A stretch of DNA of 49,309 nt, from NCBI RefSeq assembly GCF_001194135.2, contig NC_068991.1, positions 39,242,478-39,291,786 on the forward strand, given 5' to 3'. The number at the start of each line of letters is the position of its first letter. The first letter of the stretch is position 1. Made by a program: the position numbers and the translations under genes. This DNA comes from Octopus bimaculoides (Eukaryota). Below are positions 11,471-23,853 of the stretch, piece by piece. The notes below the pieces were generated by a model, which saw only the letters and a list, made by a program, of their open reading frames with translations, was not told the origin of the DNA and ran no database searches.

Positions 11471-14335
11471 TGTATTCTATGGTAAGGTCTGTCTTTCATC
11501 TGTTGTAGCTAGAGAGATTGTGATGATGGAATCTTGCACTTTATGAAAACACTTTCCTTTTTCTTTTTATTCTCCATCATTATTGGAAGATGTCATGTAG
11601 TCGTGGAGCTTATTCCAGTTTTCCTATTAAAGTTTTTGATAACATAATTCTTCAGTTTGGATACTAAGCTAGTTCAGTGTAGATGTTACCTATTGGAAGA
11701 TCTGAACATTTCAGATGGAAGCTTTGCTAACTAAACTGAACACCAGTGAAATTCACCAAACAATGGTAGCTAAAATAGGAAATAACTGACACAACACCAA
11801 TGATGGATCATGTGTCATTGACCTTTCAACTAGTAAGCTACCGAAAAAATCCTAGAAGCATTAAATTCTGTTCACTAACAACTTCTTGGTGGAGTGGAGA
11901 TAACAGCTGCAAAACAGAAATATGAATATGTCAAAGGGCTCTCATATAGATGCTTAGTTTTGGTTTGATGCCATTAAACAGAGGAGACCAAAAACTGCTT
12001 CTTGGATAAAATGCTATTTTATTGTAGGTAACACATTTAACTAAACTGTTACCTAGTTCCCTACAGCTAGGTACACTAAGGTATCTGGAATTAAGTACTG
12101 CAAAAAATAAAACAAAACATGGGTTTGATTTTGAAGACCTGTGATCTGGTATACTTTGAAATATACATTTAATAAATAGGATGAATTTTTAGCCATTGCT
12201 GTGATATGTAATTGAATATACTTTGACAAATGTTAAATGTATTTTGTATTTCTCTGGGGACAGAAAAAGAGGCACTGGAATCTCTTTAGCAACTGCACAC
12301 CCACTCTTGTCCCTGGAGAGAGATATAACATAGTGCTTATTTATAGCCAGTAAATATGACTGTACCAATTTGGTTAGTCCAAGCTGCGAAAATCATGTTT
12401 GTGCTGAGTACGTAGTCATAGAAAATTATTTAATTATTGATGCTCTAAACAGCATGTGCTTAAAGCCCCAATAATTAAATAATTGATTATAAGCCAGTGA
12501 AAACACTATTTATGCACATTGGAAAACCGATTTTGTGAAGTTATATTTTGTAGTGAAAAACAGCCATAAGTTATATCTTTTACTGCAGATTGACAAATGA
12601 AAGTGTGTTGGTTTTCAAAAGACCTCAATTGAAACCAAGCTAAGCCAAGCCAACCCCTGTTTTCTGTCTACAGAGAGATAAAGAAAGGGAGATATGTTTA
12701 CATTTGTTCAATCAATTAACATCACAGCAACAGCTAAAAACTTGTGCTGTTTAATGTATATGTCGAGATAAAATCTGTACATGGGACTGGCGAATATAAG
12801 TCGTCAATATACAAAGACAAAGTGAAAAAGAAAGAAGGGAGGAAAAATTTTCAATAGTCATTGACAACTATTGAAAAGGTAGCAAGATGCAATGGAAATT
12901 TTAGAAAAATATAAATAAGTAAATGAGTGGAAATCGAACAGGTGAGTGTGTTAAGTAATAAGCCACTGAAAGAGAATGACTCTCCCCAGACACAATAAAA
13001 TATTCTTCAAGACAAGAATTCACATAAAGAATCTTGCAAACCATGTGTTCATCCATGTGTTCAAAGTTTAGATCTCACAAGGTTTCACTTTGCTTTCATC
13101 ATTTGGAAGTCAATAAAATAGCTAGCAGTATGGTATTATTTGATCCTTTCACCTGCACGATTTTCAATAAGAAAAAAAAAAAACTCAGATTTTTTGCATG
13201 GAATCAAGTACCTTGACCTCCTAATATGCTGCAAACCCCTTATTTTTGTTTGGAATAAAAAGTGTGTGTGTGTGTAGGGCCAGACACCCCCCTCCATATC
13301 TCGGAATCATGAGAAATTTTTTTTTTTATCATTGAATGAATTCCGGCAACCTTCTAATATGCTACAAAACCCATGTTTGGATCTGGAAAACGGGGTGGGG
13401 TGAGGTGGAAGCTTCGGAAATTCAACCCCACCCCCACCTCCATTGATCTTTTTNNNNNNNNNNNNNNNNNNNNNNNNNNNNNNNNNNNNNNNNNNNNNNN
13501 NNNNNNNNNNNNNNNNNNNNNNNNNNNNNNNNNNNNNNNNNNNNNNNNNNNNNNNNNNNNNNNNNNNNNNNNNNNNNNNNNNNNNNNNNNNNNNNNNNNN
13601 NNNNNNNNNNNNNNNNNNNNNNNNNNNNNNNNNNNNNNNNNNNNNNNNNNNNNNNNNNNNNNNNNNNNNNNNNNNNNNNNNNNNNNNNNNNNNNNNNNNN
13701 NNNNNNNNNNNNNNNNNNNNNNNNNNNNNNNNNNNNNNNNNNNNNNNNNNNNNNNNNNNNNNNNNNNNNNNNNNNNNNNNNNNNNNNNNNNNNNNNNNNN
13801 NNNNNNNNNNNNNNNNNNNNNNNNNNNNNNNNNNNNNNNNNNNNNNNNNNNNNNNNNNNNNNNNNNNNNNNNNNNNNNNNNNNNNNNNNNNNNNNNNNNN
13901 NNNNNNNNNNNNNNNNNNNNNNNNNNNNNNNNNNNNNNNNNNNNNNNNNNNNNNNNNNNNNNNNNNNNNNNNNNNNNNNNNNNNNNNNNNNNNNNNNNNN
14001 NNNNNNNNNNNNNNNNNNNNNNNNNNNNNNNNNNNNNNNNNNNNNNNNNNNNNNNNNNNNNNNNNNNNNNNNNNNNNNNNNNNNNNNNNNNNNNNNNNNN
14101 NNNNNNNNNNNNNNNNNNNNNNNNNNNNNNNNNNNNNNNNNNNNNNNNNNNNNNNNNNNNNNNNNNNNNNNNNNNNNNNNNNNNNNNNNNNNNNNNNNNN
14201 NNNNNNNNNNNNNNNNNNNNNNNNNNNNNNNNNNNNNNNNNNNNNNNNNNNNNNNNNNNNNNNNNNNNNNNNNNNNNNNNNNNNNNNNNNNNNNNNNNNN
14301 NNNNNNNNNNNNNNNNNNNNATATATATATATATA

Positions 14336-15170
14336 CAGAGGTGGTGTAAGTCCGTTAATCTGTTAATCGTTAATTAACGAAGTTAACATTTTCGTTAACG
14401 ATTTAACTTTAAGTTAACTTTGAAAATCATTATCGGACTAATTAACTTCCGTTACATTTAGCTTCCGTTAACTCAAGTCTGTTAACCCCAAAATGTTATA
14501 AAAACCGGTAAACGTTTAAAAGTTTCTATTATTTTCAGATTGTCTTAGCATATTCAATATTGAACGCCACTTGTTATTATATAACTTGTAGGACCACGTT
14601 TAGCCCTGCCTGTATTTGAAACCAAATCCACCCTCTTGTTGCTTGCAAAAACGGCGAGAAATTTCCTTGTCCTGTCAAGAGGGAATAGTCCTCATCACCC
14701 CTCGCACCTTTCTTTTCCTGAAAAAAAGAGTGGTTTGAGGCGGGTTTGGAGGTCAGATACGTTGAATGCACACGAAAAAGACTGGGGAAAAATTATTCCA
14801 CACAAAGGCACGAAATATTTACCGAAATTTTAATTGATTCAAATGAATGTTCCTCGTCTTCAAAAGTGGCAAAATGTTTGTCGGTTGCCATCTGGGATAA
14901 TTTTAGTTACAAATCAAACAGGTAAGATGCATTAAGAATTTCAATTTTAGTGTTCATCCATAATGTTATTGTCTTAACACCTGTTAATTAAATTTACCTG
15001 CTCATAAAAGTCATATTTACTCAGCAAGATCAGCTAAAACTACAGAACTATATACCCGTGGTATATAAAGCACCCACAGAGAAAATTTCAAATTTGTATG
15101 TAAAAATTTACAAATTGCAAGCAGATATTGTGGATACCCCGCTTGAACCTGAATAATTATAAATAGCGCG
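14336..15170 (+). mobile_element. Non-autonomous DNA element, probably hAT-derived; starts CAGAGGTGG with GTTAAC/CGTTAA-rich subterminal repeats
   Basis: Repeated GTTAAC motifs at 14348-14490. The segment ~14800-15170 is near-identical in reverse orientation to ~36820-37200. Confidence 0.55.
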
Positions 15171-16559
15171 AACAAATATGAACACTAAAGATGCTTTTAG
15201 GTGTGTTTTTTTTCTTACACACACATACAACACGGCCTCGCTCGGGTGGGACTACAAGTGTGTTACTTTGACATCATTATTCCATAAAATTTGCTTATGG
15301 GGAGAAAAGTATTGAAAAATATCAATAGATGTGTGAGTGAGAAAGAAACGAGGAGGGAAGTTTTGGGATGTGCTAAAAACAACAACCAGATAGCCCTTAT
15401 ATGACACATTTTCCTCTGAAATTATTAACATTTTAAAACTCCGAATATATTTCTCTCACGGGTTTTAAATGCGTAGTGTAAAGGAAAAAAAAAATGGTCA
15501 AAATCGTTTTGGACTGAGGTGGTGAGAATGAAAAATAAATTTTCAAAACTTTTTTCTTTTTTTTTTNNNNNNNNNNNNNNNNNNNNNNNNNNNNNNNNNN
15601 NNNNNNNNNNNNNNNNNNNNNNNNNNNNNNNNNNNNNNNNNNNNNNNNNNNNNNNNNNNNNNNNNNNNNNNNNNNNNNNNNNNNNNNNNNNNNNNNNNNN
15701 NNNNNNNNNNNNNNNNNNNNNNNNNNNNNNNNNNNNNNNNNNNNNNNNNNNNNNNNNNNNNNNNNNNNNNNNNNNNNNNNNNNNNNNNNNNNNNNNNNNN
15801 NNNNNNNNNNNNNNNNNNNNNNNNNNNNNNNNNNNNNNNNNNNNNNNNNNNNNNNNNNNNNNNNNNNNNNNNNNNNNNNNNNNNNNNNNNNNNNNNNNNN
15901 NNNNNNNNNNNNNNNNNNNNNNNNNNNNNNNNNNNNNNNNNNNNNNNNNNNNNNNNNNNNNNNNNNNNNNNNNNNNNNNNNNNNNNNNNNNNNNNNNNNN
16001 NNNNNNNNNNNNNNNNNNNNNNNNNNNNNNNNNNNNNNNNNNNNNNNNNNNNNNNNNNNNNNNNNNNNNNNNNNNNNNNNNNNNNNNNNNNNNNNNNNNN
16101 NNNNNNNNNNNNNNNNNNNNNNNNNNNNNNNNNNNNNNNNNNNNNNNNNNNNNNNNNNNNNNNNNNNNNNNNNNNNNNNNNNNNNNNNNNNNNNNNNNNN
16201 NNNNNNNNNNNNNNNNNNNNNNNNNNNNNNNNNNNNNNNNNNNNNNNNNNNNNNNNNNNNNNNNNNNNNNNNNNNNNNNNNNNNNNNNNNNNNNNNNNNN
16301 NNNNNNNNNNNNNNNNNNNNNNNNNNNNNNNNNNNNNNNNNNNNNNNNNNNNNNNNNNNNNNNNNNNNNNNNNNNNNNNNNNNNNNNNNNNNNNNNNNNN
16401 NNNNNNNNNNNNNNNNNNNNNNNNNNNNNNNNNNNNNNNNNNNNNNNNNNNNNNNNNNNNNNNNNNNNNNNNNNNNNNNNNNNNNNNNNNNNNNNNNNNN
16501 NNNNNNNNNNNNNNNNNNNNNNNNNNNNNNNNNNNNNNNNNNNNNNNNNNNNNNNNNNN

Positions 16560-18215
16560 CTCTACATAGAAAATAACTGGAAGAGGTACCTGGTTGACTG
16601 TTTCATTCTTTGGCATGAAAGTATAGAGAGACTTAAAGAATTTCAAGCACTTATAAATGGACTTGACGTTAACATTCAATTCACGATGGAATATAGCCAC
16701 CACCAACTTCCTTTCCTCGACATCTACATTAAGAAATCTAACAACGAAATAGAAACAGATATATACTATACGCCCACGGACTCCAAGCAATATCTACCGT
16801 TCAACTCATGCCACCCCAGACACACTAGAATGAATATCCCCTTCAACCTAGCGAAAAGGATTTGTACTATAGTTTCTAATACAAGCACCAGGGACACGAC
16901 TACATGAACTAAAGGATACACTTATCACCAGGAACTACCCACCATCACTAATTGATATATGCTTTCAACGTACCCTACAATTCAAAATCCACGAACTCAG
17001 ACATCCCAAATTAAAGAAGGATTTACAACCAAAAGCCCTACCATACATCTCCACACACAACCCTCTTAACAATGAAGCCTTCGACACCATCCTCCAAAAC
17101 ATTCCCTACTAAAGAGGGACCACAGAATGAATTTAATCTTCCAAACGCACACCATCACAAAGAGCAAAAGACAGTCCAAATCTATGAAAAGACTCCTAAC
17201 ACAAGCCCGAATACGCTCAACAACAACACTGAAGCCATTAGTAAAAAATGCGGCAGACCTAACTGTGGTATATGCGTCAACCTAATTGAGGGGGTCACAG
17301 TTCTTTTTCAAACAGGGCCAACGTTTCACAGTGAAAAGCAGCTTCACATGTGCTTCAGAGAACCTGATATATGTATTAACCTGCTCTGGGTGTCGTGAGC
17401 AATACATAGGCCAAACCCAAAACAGTCTACGTCAAAGGATGGCTCTGCACAGATCCCAGATCAAAATTCCGAAAAACAGAAAAATAGCGAACATCGACAT
17501 TTGCACCAATGACAAACAACCCAGGTTCAGAATTTTTCCCCTCTATCAATTCAGGGACGATATAACCTGTAGTCATCGCATTAATAAAGAGTCATTCTTT
17601 ATCACAAAATATAAAACCTTTTTGAATGCATCCACCACAAATGACACAATCACCAGGGCCTTAGAATAAACACACACGCAAATATTTAAAACGATATATT
17701 CAAAAGTCACTTCACATAAATTTATTCAGAACAAGGATTTTTCTGAATTGACCCGTCAATTCAGAAAGATCCCAGAACAATTCTAATCACTACTATTCCA
17801 ACCACAACGGGTCACTTTTAGGTCACTTGACCATTTAAGAGGATTCCACCAACATCCTGCTACTGTCACACTACTCCCGCATTTTTCTTCTTCATCTTCT
17901 TCTTCTTCTTCTTCTTCACATCCTTTCTCTATTACTACTGCTGCTTAAACAATCAATGACAAGAATTCATATCAAACTAGCTGCTGCTAACTACCTAGAA
18001 CCCACAAGAGTAAAAAAGAAAGACAGAGACAGACTGAAAAAAGGAAATTGTCCCTTGCATTTGAAAACTATGGAAATATTTAAAAAAAAACATTTCATTC
18101 AATTTTTCCACAATTTAATTGTTTTTCATACATTACTCTAAGTTGAAAAAATCGCAAAGACTTAAACCGGTACTAAAATGTTCTTCATGATAAAATTATT
18201 TTAGCTTTTTCTACC
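16560..18215 (+). mobile_element. Penelope-like retroelement (Neptune-like): RT C-terminus, Cys-rich linker, GIY-YIG endonuclease and 3' UTR; left end lost in the gap
   Basis: RT motifs WKRYLVDCF (YLDD mutated), QLPFLDIYI and TDSKQYLPFNSCHP; linker CGRPNCGIC; endonuclease LIYVLTCSGCREQYIGQT...RMALHRS. Frameshifts are present. It lies antisense in CFAP36 intron 1. Confidence 0.92.
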
Positions 18216-20839
18216 NNNNNNNNNNNNNNNNNNNNNNNNNNNNNNNNNNNNNNNNNNNNNNNNNNNNNNNNNNNNNNNNNNNNNNNNNNNNNNNNNNNNN
18301 NNNNNNNNNNNNNNNNNNNNNNNNNNNNNNNNATATATATATATATATATATATAGCAGCGTGGAAGGTGTTTTGTAAGCCATTCAAGAACACACAAAAA
18401 CCGTTAGTGTCACTTTAACATTTAAATTTCATTAAATAATCAAAATATTTTCGTCGCTTTGAAACCGCGACTTGTTCACAGAAAAAACTTGGCGCTGACA
18501 AAACTCTCGGACCTTGAGTCACTGTTGCTGCAGCTAAATATTAATATATATATATATATATAAACACACACACATACAGACATATGTGCGTGTATGCGTG
18601 CGTGCGTACCTGTGTGCGTACATACGTACTCATTCACACACTCATGAATTTCTAATTTTGGCTTGAAGGTCAGCAATTTTGAGGTAGTCGATTAGCCCAA
18701 CTCCAGTCTTCTATTGCTACTTATTTTGATCAACCTCCGAAACTATGAAAGGTGGTATTTGAGTCCAGAACACAGTGTTGAAGGAAATGTCGCTAAGCAT
18801 TTTGTCCAACCTGCTAACAATTCTGCCTGCTCGCCGTCTATGCATAAATAGGGGTCCGGACAAAACGTTTCTTTTACAGTAGCTACAAAGACTGCGATTG
18901 CTCGATATATTTGAAAGAGCAACCAATTTTCATTAAATAAATGGTAAAGATCAAGTTATTCTACAGTTTAAAATTATTATCTTAATATTTTTTTGCAATT
19001 GTCTTTAATTTCCAGCTCATGTTTAATCATTTTCCCAGACAAGCTCTGAGATAAGTCAGCATCTGAGCACCACAAACAGAATAGACTAAAAATTTATAAT
19101 TCTTTGTTGAGCAGCTTTATCAGACATCGACAGCACTCGAGAAAAAAATCCCTCATTTTAATTTTCGCTTATTCATTATTCCATGTTACCTCTTTCCGAA
19201 TCAAACAAATTGCAAGAACTGAGGAACATTAGTTTGTGAGAGGGAAAATAGTTACGTACACAGTTCTAATCAACCGTGTGGATTTCGGTAAGTTTCTGGA
19301 TCAGGCACTTAACTCTATGAACCTCAGTTCTTTGTCCCACGAGGAATAAGTAAGAAATCGTCTGCGAACCCATCATTTACGACAGTTGTTCTATTTAAGA
19401 TCATGAAACCGAGTTAAACCCCAGCCGCTAAAAACTATATGTTGTTTTTATGTATCATTAAATTGGTTTGAGATATGACTGCCCATAGAAAGAGTGTAAA
19501 GCTCCTAAAATTCTTCTAACAGAATTTGAGTTAATGGTGAGAAAAGTTGTGGTGTAACCTGAGAAAGGCCCCAGAATGTTCTTTGCCGTTGGCATTTGAG
19601 AATAGAACAAAGTTGGAATGTACCTTGATATAAAATCTTTTTACACAAGAATCGAATCGAATACATTTTTCGTTAATTAAACGAAACATTTATGAGGCAA
19701 TAATTTATTAGAAATATCAAGACTTAAGAGCAGGTTGCACCTAATTTTGCAGACAAAATCTAAATTTCACGGATAATTAATTTTCTAAAGACAAAACTTA
19801 GTCCTTCCTAACAAATCATAGCTGAACAAAATATAGCCAACACATTAAAAAAAAAAACTGTCTAATGTCCACCCTGCGATTTTTATAGAGAAATTGTATA
19901 GACGGTTGCGTCGGTCTCAGTTTATAACGAGCACTTATTTAGGAAGCTGGTGGAATAAAAGAAAAAATCGGGTACGGTGGACAATAAAGTGAACAGAAAT
20001 GCAATGAATCAAAATGAAATATATGTATATAATCTAATAAACAACACCCCATTGTGTAACTGGTTGCTAGCGTGTCTAACAACTGACGAAACAAGGACAC
20101 TGAAAAATCACGTTTTTTTTTTCTTTGGAGAACCTATCGTTACATTATACATACCAAAGCATTATTTTGGTTGTAATCAAATTGTAAGAGGAAATTTGGC
20201 ACAAAGGTCAGCAGTTTGAAAGGATGGGGTAGACGATTACATCGACCCCAGTGCTCGACAAGTACTTATTTTGTCGACCTTGAAAGGATGAAATACAAAG
20301 TCGACGGAATTTGAACTCAGAACGTAACGTAAAGATGAACGAAAAACCGCTAAGCATTTTGCTTGGCGTGCTAACGATTCTACCTTAATAAGAGGTACTA
20401 TTGATTTCAAATTTTGGCACAAGGCCAGCAACTTCGGCGGGAGGAGATAAGTCGATTGCATCGACCTCAGTACTCGGTTGGAACTTATTTTATCGACCCC
20501 GAAAGGATGAAAGGATAAATCGACCTCGGCGGAATTTGAACTCAGAGCGTTAAAGACGGATGAAATGCCGTTAAGTATTTTGCCCAGCAAGTTAACGATT
20601 CTGTCAGCTCGCTGCCCTAATAAGAAGAAATATTGACAGTTTGGGAATGTTTGTGTAGACGAGTTCGAATTTCATCACGTTACTGTTTTCAACAACGAAG
20701 ATCATGATTTTTGCCACCCAACCCACCCAATTTTTAACTTCGTGTTTTTTTTTTTTTTGTTTTTTTTAATTTCTTTTATTTAGTTTGCAAGATTCATGTG
20801 AATTCGTGAGTTGAAACAAATTTTGCTGTGTGTAGGGGG

Positions 20840-21079
20840 TTCCACTCCTTTATTATTAGTTAATTGGTTAAATATAAAACTAACTAATCGATTGTTTGTT
20901 TAATTTGGTTAAACAGTAAGTCATTTGTTTTTGTTCTTTTTTTTTTTTTTGCAAAGCTCTTTCATTGCTACTTGCAAGTAGCAACGAAAGGGTTTTGACT
21001 CATTGTTTAACCAAATTAAACAAACAATCGATTAGTTAGTTGGATATTTAACCAATTGACTAATAATAAAGGAGTGGAA
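20840..21079. mobile_element. Fold-back/MITE-like element with ~82-bp inverted arms; related partial copy ~34590-34675
   Basis: TTCCACTCCTTTATTATTAG...AAACAGTAAGTC (20840-20922) pairs with GACTCATTGTTT...GGAGTGGAA (20997-21079). Confidence 0.75.
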
Positions 21080-22319
21080 TTGAACCAATGCCTGTGTTAA
21101 TAATCTTGCCATAATGATTCCCATATTTTTCTTTTCCTTTTTTTCTCTTTTGTTTATGTTCTTTGAGATTACACGTTTAATAGTACTTAGAATAAGATTC
21201 TGAAATATTTTTTTTCTTAAAAATTTCAATTTTCTTTTCTTTCCTTTCAGAATATCAACGCCCCGATTGCTAACGATAATTTCCCAGTTTCAATTTATGA
21301 TCATAAATCGAAAGAGGGTCCATACTCAAACAAGAGAAGAGACATCTAGTCTCATAAAATGTAAATATCGCGCCATGCCTGGAACTGCAGATAATCTATT
21401 TAAACTGATTTACAGTCAGTTGACGTTAGTGACACAGAAAAATTCTTTTACACCATTCATCAAACATACAAGTCATTCATATCCTGTGTAATTATTATAT
21501 TTCAACTAATAAAAGTTTCAATTAATAAAATTAAATCAAATGTATTTCACATTTATCGCTTTCTGACAACGAGTGCCTTTCAGCTTAATTTTATTGTCGA
21601 TTATCATCGCCTTTTATTCGTTTTGGTCATTGGACTGCGACCATTCTGAGGCACCGCTTTATTAACAATTATCTGTCACTTTGATTCATTGAATTTCCTT
21701 TCAGTTGATTTCAATTTTTTTGCCACCATTATACGTTCAGACAAATAAAGGCAAAATCGTTAGCGCACCGGACAAAACGTTTAGTGGCATTTTATCCGTC
21801 TTTATGTTCCGAGTTCAAATTCCCCTGAGGTTGACTTTGCCTTTCATCTTTTCAGGATCGTTAAAACAAGTTGGGCACTAGGGTTAATGTAAAAGACTAG
21901 TTCCCTCTTCCAAATAACTGCTGGCCTTGTGCCTACAGTAGAAAGGATTGTATGTTTATACAACGAAAGCTCGCCAAAATTTAACAGACAGGATTTGAAT
22001 GAGGATCAGTTACAAAAATAGCATCTAATCGGCGTTTAATTAAACGTCGTTAAACAGAGAAACAGTTTTTGTTTTGAGACACCAGAAATTAAAAGCTAGT
22101 TTTTTAACCAATATATTAATTATAAACCATCTTGTTGTGAACGTTTACTTTTAGTTTGCGTAGATAAGTTACTCAAGAAAGGCATCTCATTTCCGTTCGT
22201 TGCCTTATCTTTGGGGCACTTAAAATCGATATCGATATCTATATGAACTCAAATGTCTAAACAAGCAATATTATGTCATACCCACCCCGTCACAGAAACA
22301 AAAACAGATGATCTCTTAC

Positions 22320-22422
22320 CGAGACAATGAGCTTCTAGAAATGTGACCACCGGGATTTGAAACAAGGGATTGCCCAGAAATTCCAGTAACTCATCGTATA
22401 TCCACTCATTTTTCTCGGCCAT
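22320..22422 (-). CDS. CFAP36: CFAP36/CCDC104 (BARTL1) coding exon 1, MAEKNEWIYDELLEFLGNPLFQIPVVTFLEAHCL+G, phase-1 donor
   Basis: ATG at 22422-22420 and donor G|GTAAGA at 22319. The peptide resembles the CFAP36 N-terminus ([28 protein letters not shown]). Phase 1 joins exon 2 to give Val (G+TG). Confidence 0.9.
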
Positions 22423-22497
22423 GGTAACTTTTCCTGCTTGGAGTTGTGTAATGCAATTATAGCATTTATTGTTGTCGTTAGTAACTGTATTAGCAAC
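22415..22497. promoter_or_regulatory. RFX X-box-like motifs in the CFAP36 proximal promoter/5' UTR
   Basis: GTTGTC-GTT-AGTAAC at 22471-22485 has one mismatch to GTNRCC-N0-3-RGYAAC. A half site TAGCAAC lies at 22491-22497, and GCCATGGTAAC overlaps the start codon at 22418-22428. RFX control of ciliary genes is established. Confidence 0.55.
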
Positions 22498-23087
22498 CGG
22501 GACAGGTGACGACCAACACCGTTAGCACACCTGACTTTGTCCGCGTTTTTCTCGCTTAGTTGAATTTATTGATAAATGTTACCAAGTAATGGTTTGGATT
22601 ACTTTTAAAGATGTCTCGATTCTATAAAGACACCATCCTATCCTTTTTTAATGTAGATTTTTACACACACTCAAACAAACGCGCACGCACACATACATAC
22701 ACAGGCACATCCATATAATATATACATACAAATATATGAGCAGACAGAGAGAAAGAGCGGAAGAGAAAGAAGTGTGTGTGTACTCGTGCATGTGTGTTTG
22801 CGTGCGTGTGCGCGCGCGCGCACACATCTGTGTGAAAATAGCTATTGTTTCCCAAAGCTCCATTTCATAAACAATATCGTAATATCATTTATTAAGGATT
22901 GCTTTAAGACAAAAGTAATCATCGACCGAATGCAAAGTCAAGGATAGAAAAAATACTAATTAGAACAAGTGGATAATAGGAGAAACATGCTTTGGATTAG
23001 GGACAGGATGATGAGGCGGGTATGTTTATACAGTGTAGCAATAGAATCAATATAGACAATCACGCAATGACAATGTCTTTCATGTAT

Positions 23088-23123
<36 letters not shown>

Positions 23124-23793
23124 ATGCATATGGTAAACGAAAGACAGAAGATGGAAGATACGAGAATATTTATTAATCACCACCGTTTCGACACGTTTAG
23201 CATCGATCCCTCACGGGTGGAATACTTAACTGGCTCAGGAGCGTCCGACGGTGCAGATGTGTCTCTTCGGGTGATAAATAGATATAACTCGTTAAAACAA
23301 TAGTTCCGCAATGTATCTTCTCATTTCGTTTGTGTGTTCTTGTTTGTTTTTAAATCGAGTAATAAATAAAAGCAAGTTAACATTAAGCTAAATGATTACT
23401 CAATACTTAGTATAGAGTACATATTTATTATACTTTTACAAGAAGAATAGTGATAGTGACTTCAAAGATTCAGCCTGCTGGCCTTCATCAGACTGTCCGA
23501 TGTAGGCTAGCAAGCCTAAACTTCAGTCACAGTCACCGCACGCCTTGTAAAAGTGTTTCATAAGCTAATTAGAAACGTATAATTCTCCATTCTTTTGTCT
23601 TCTTCTACAATACTCTGAGAAGTTATACTGAATCTATTCGGTTGGAATGCAAATTTATGGATTCCGTGAATTACAATGACTTTCACTGGATAATTTCACT
23701 GGCTAAGTTTGATAACTATAGTGTGTTTATGAAATATTCGTCTGGATTTTTAATACCATTTCTTTCCTTTATACGCACGCACACACACGTGTG

Positions 23794-23853
<60 letters not shown>

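Noticed and set aside
13373-14377. Long ORFs in the track (also 15519-16907, 37138-38097, 37180-37920, 26543-27157, 47191-47706)
   Set aside because: Their length comes from N runs. Only the non-N parts noted above (PLE RT, hAT, mariner, candidate semaphorin) carry signal.
21249-21340. Strong plus-strand acceptor followed by NINAPIANDNFPVSIYDHKSKEGPYSNKRRDI* and downstream AATAAA
   Set aside because: No homology recognised and no partner exon. It is antisense inside CFAP36 intron 1, and such signals are common in AT-rich DNA.
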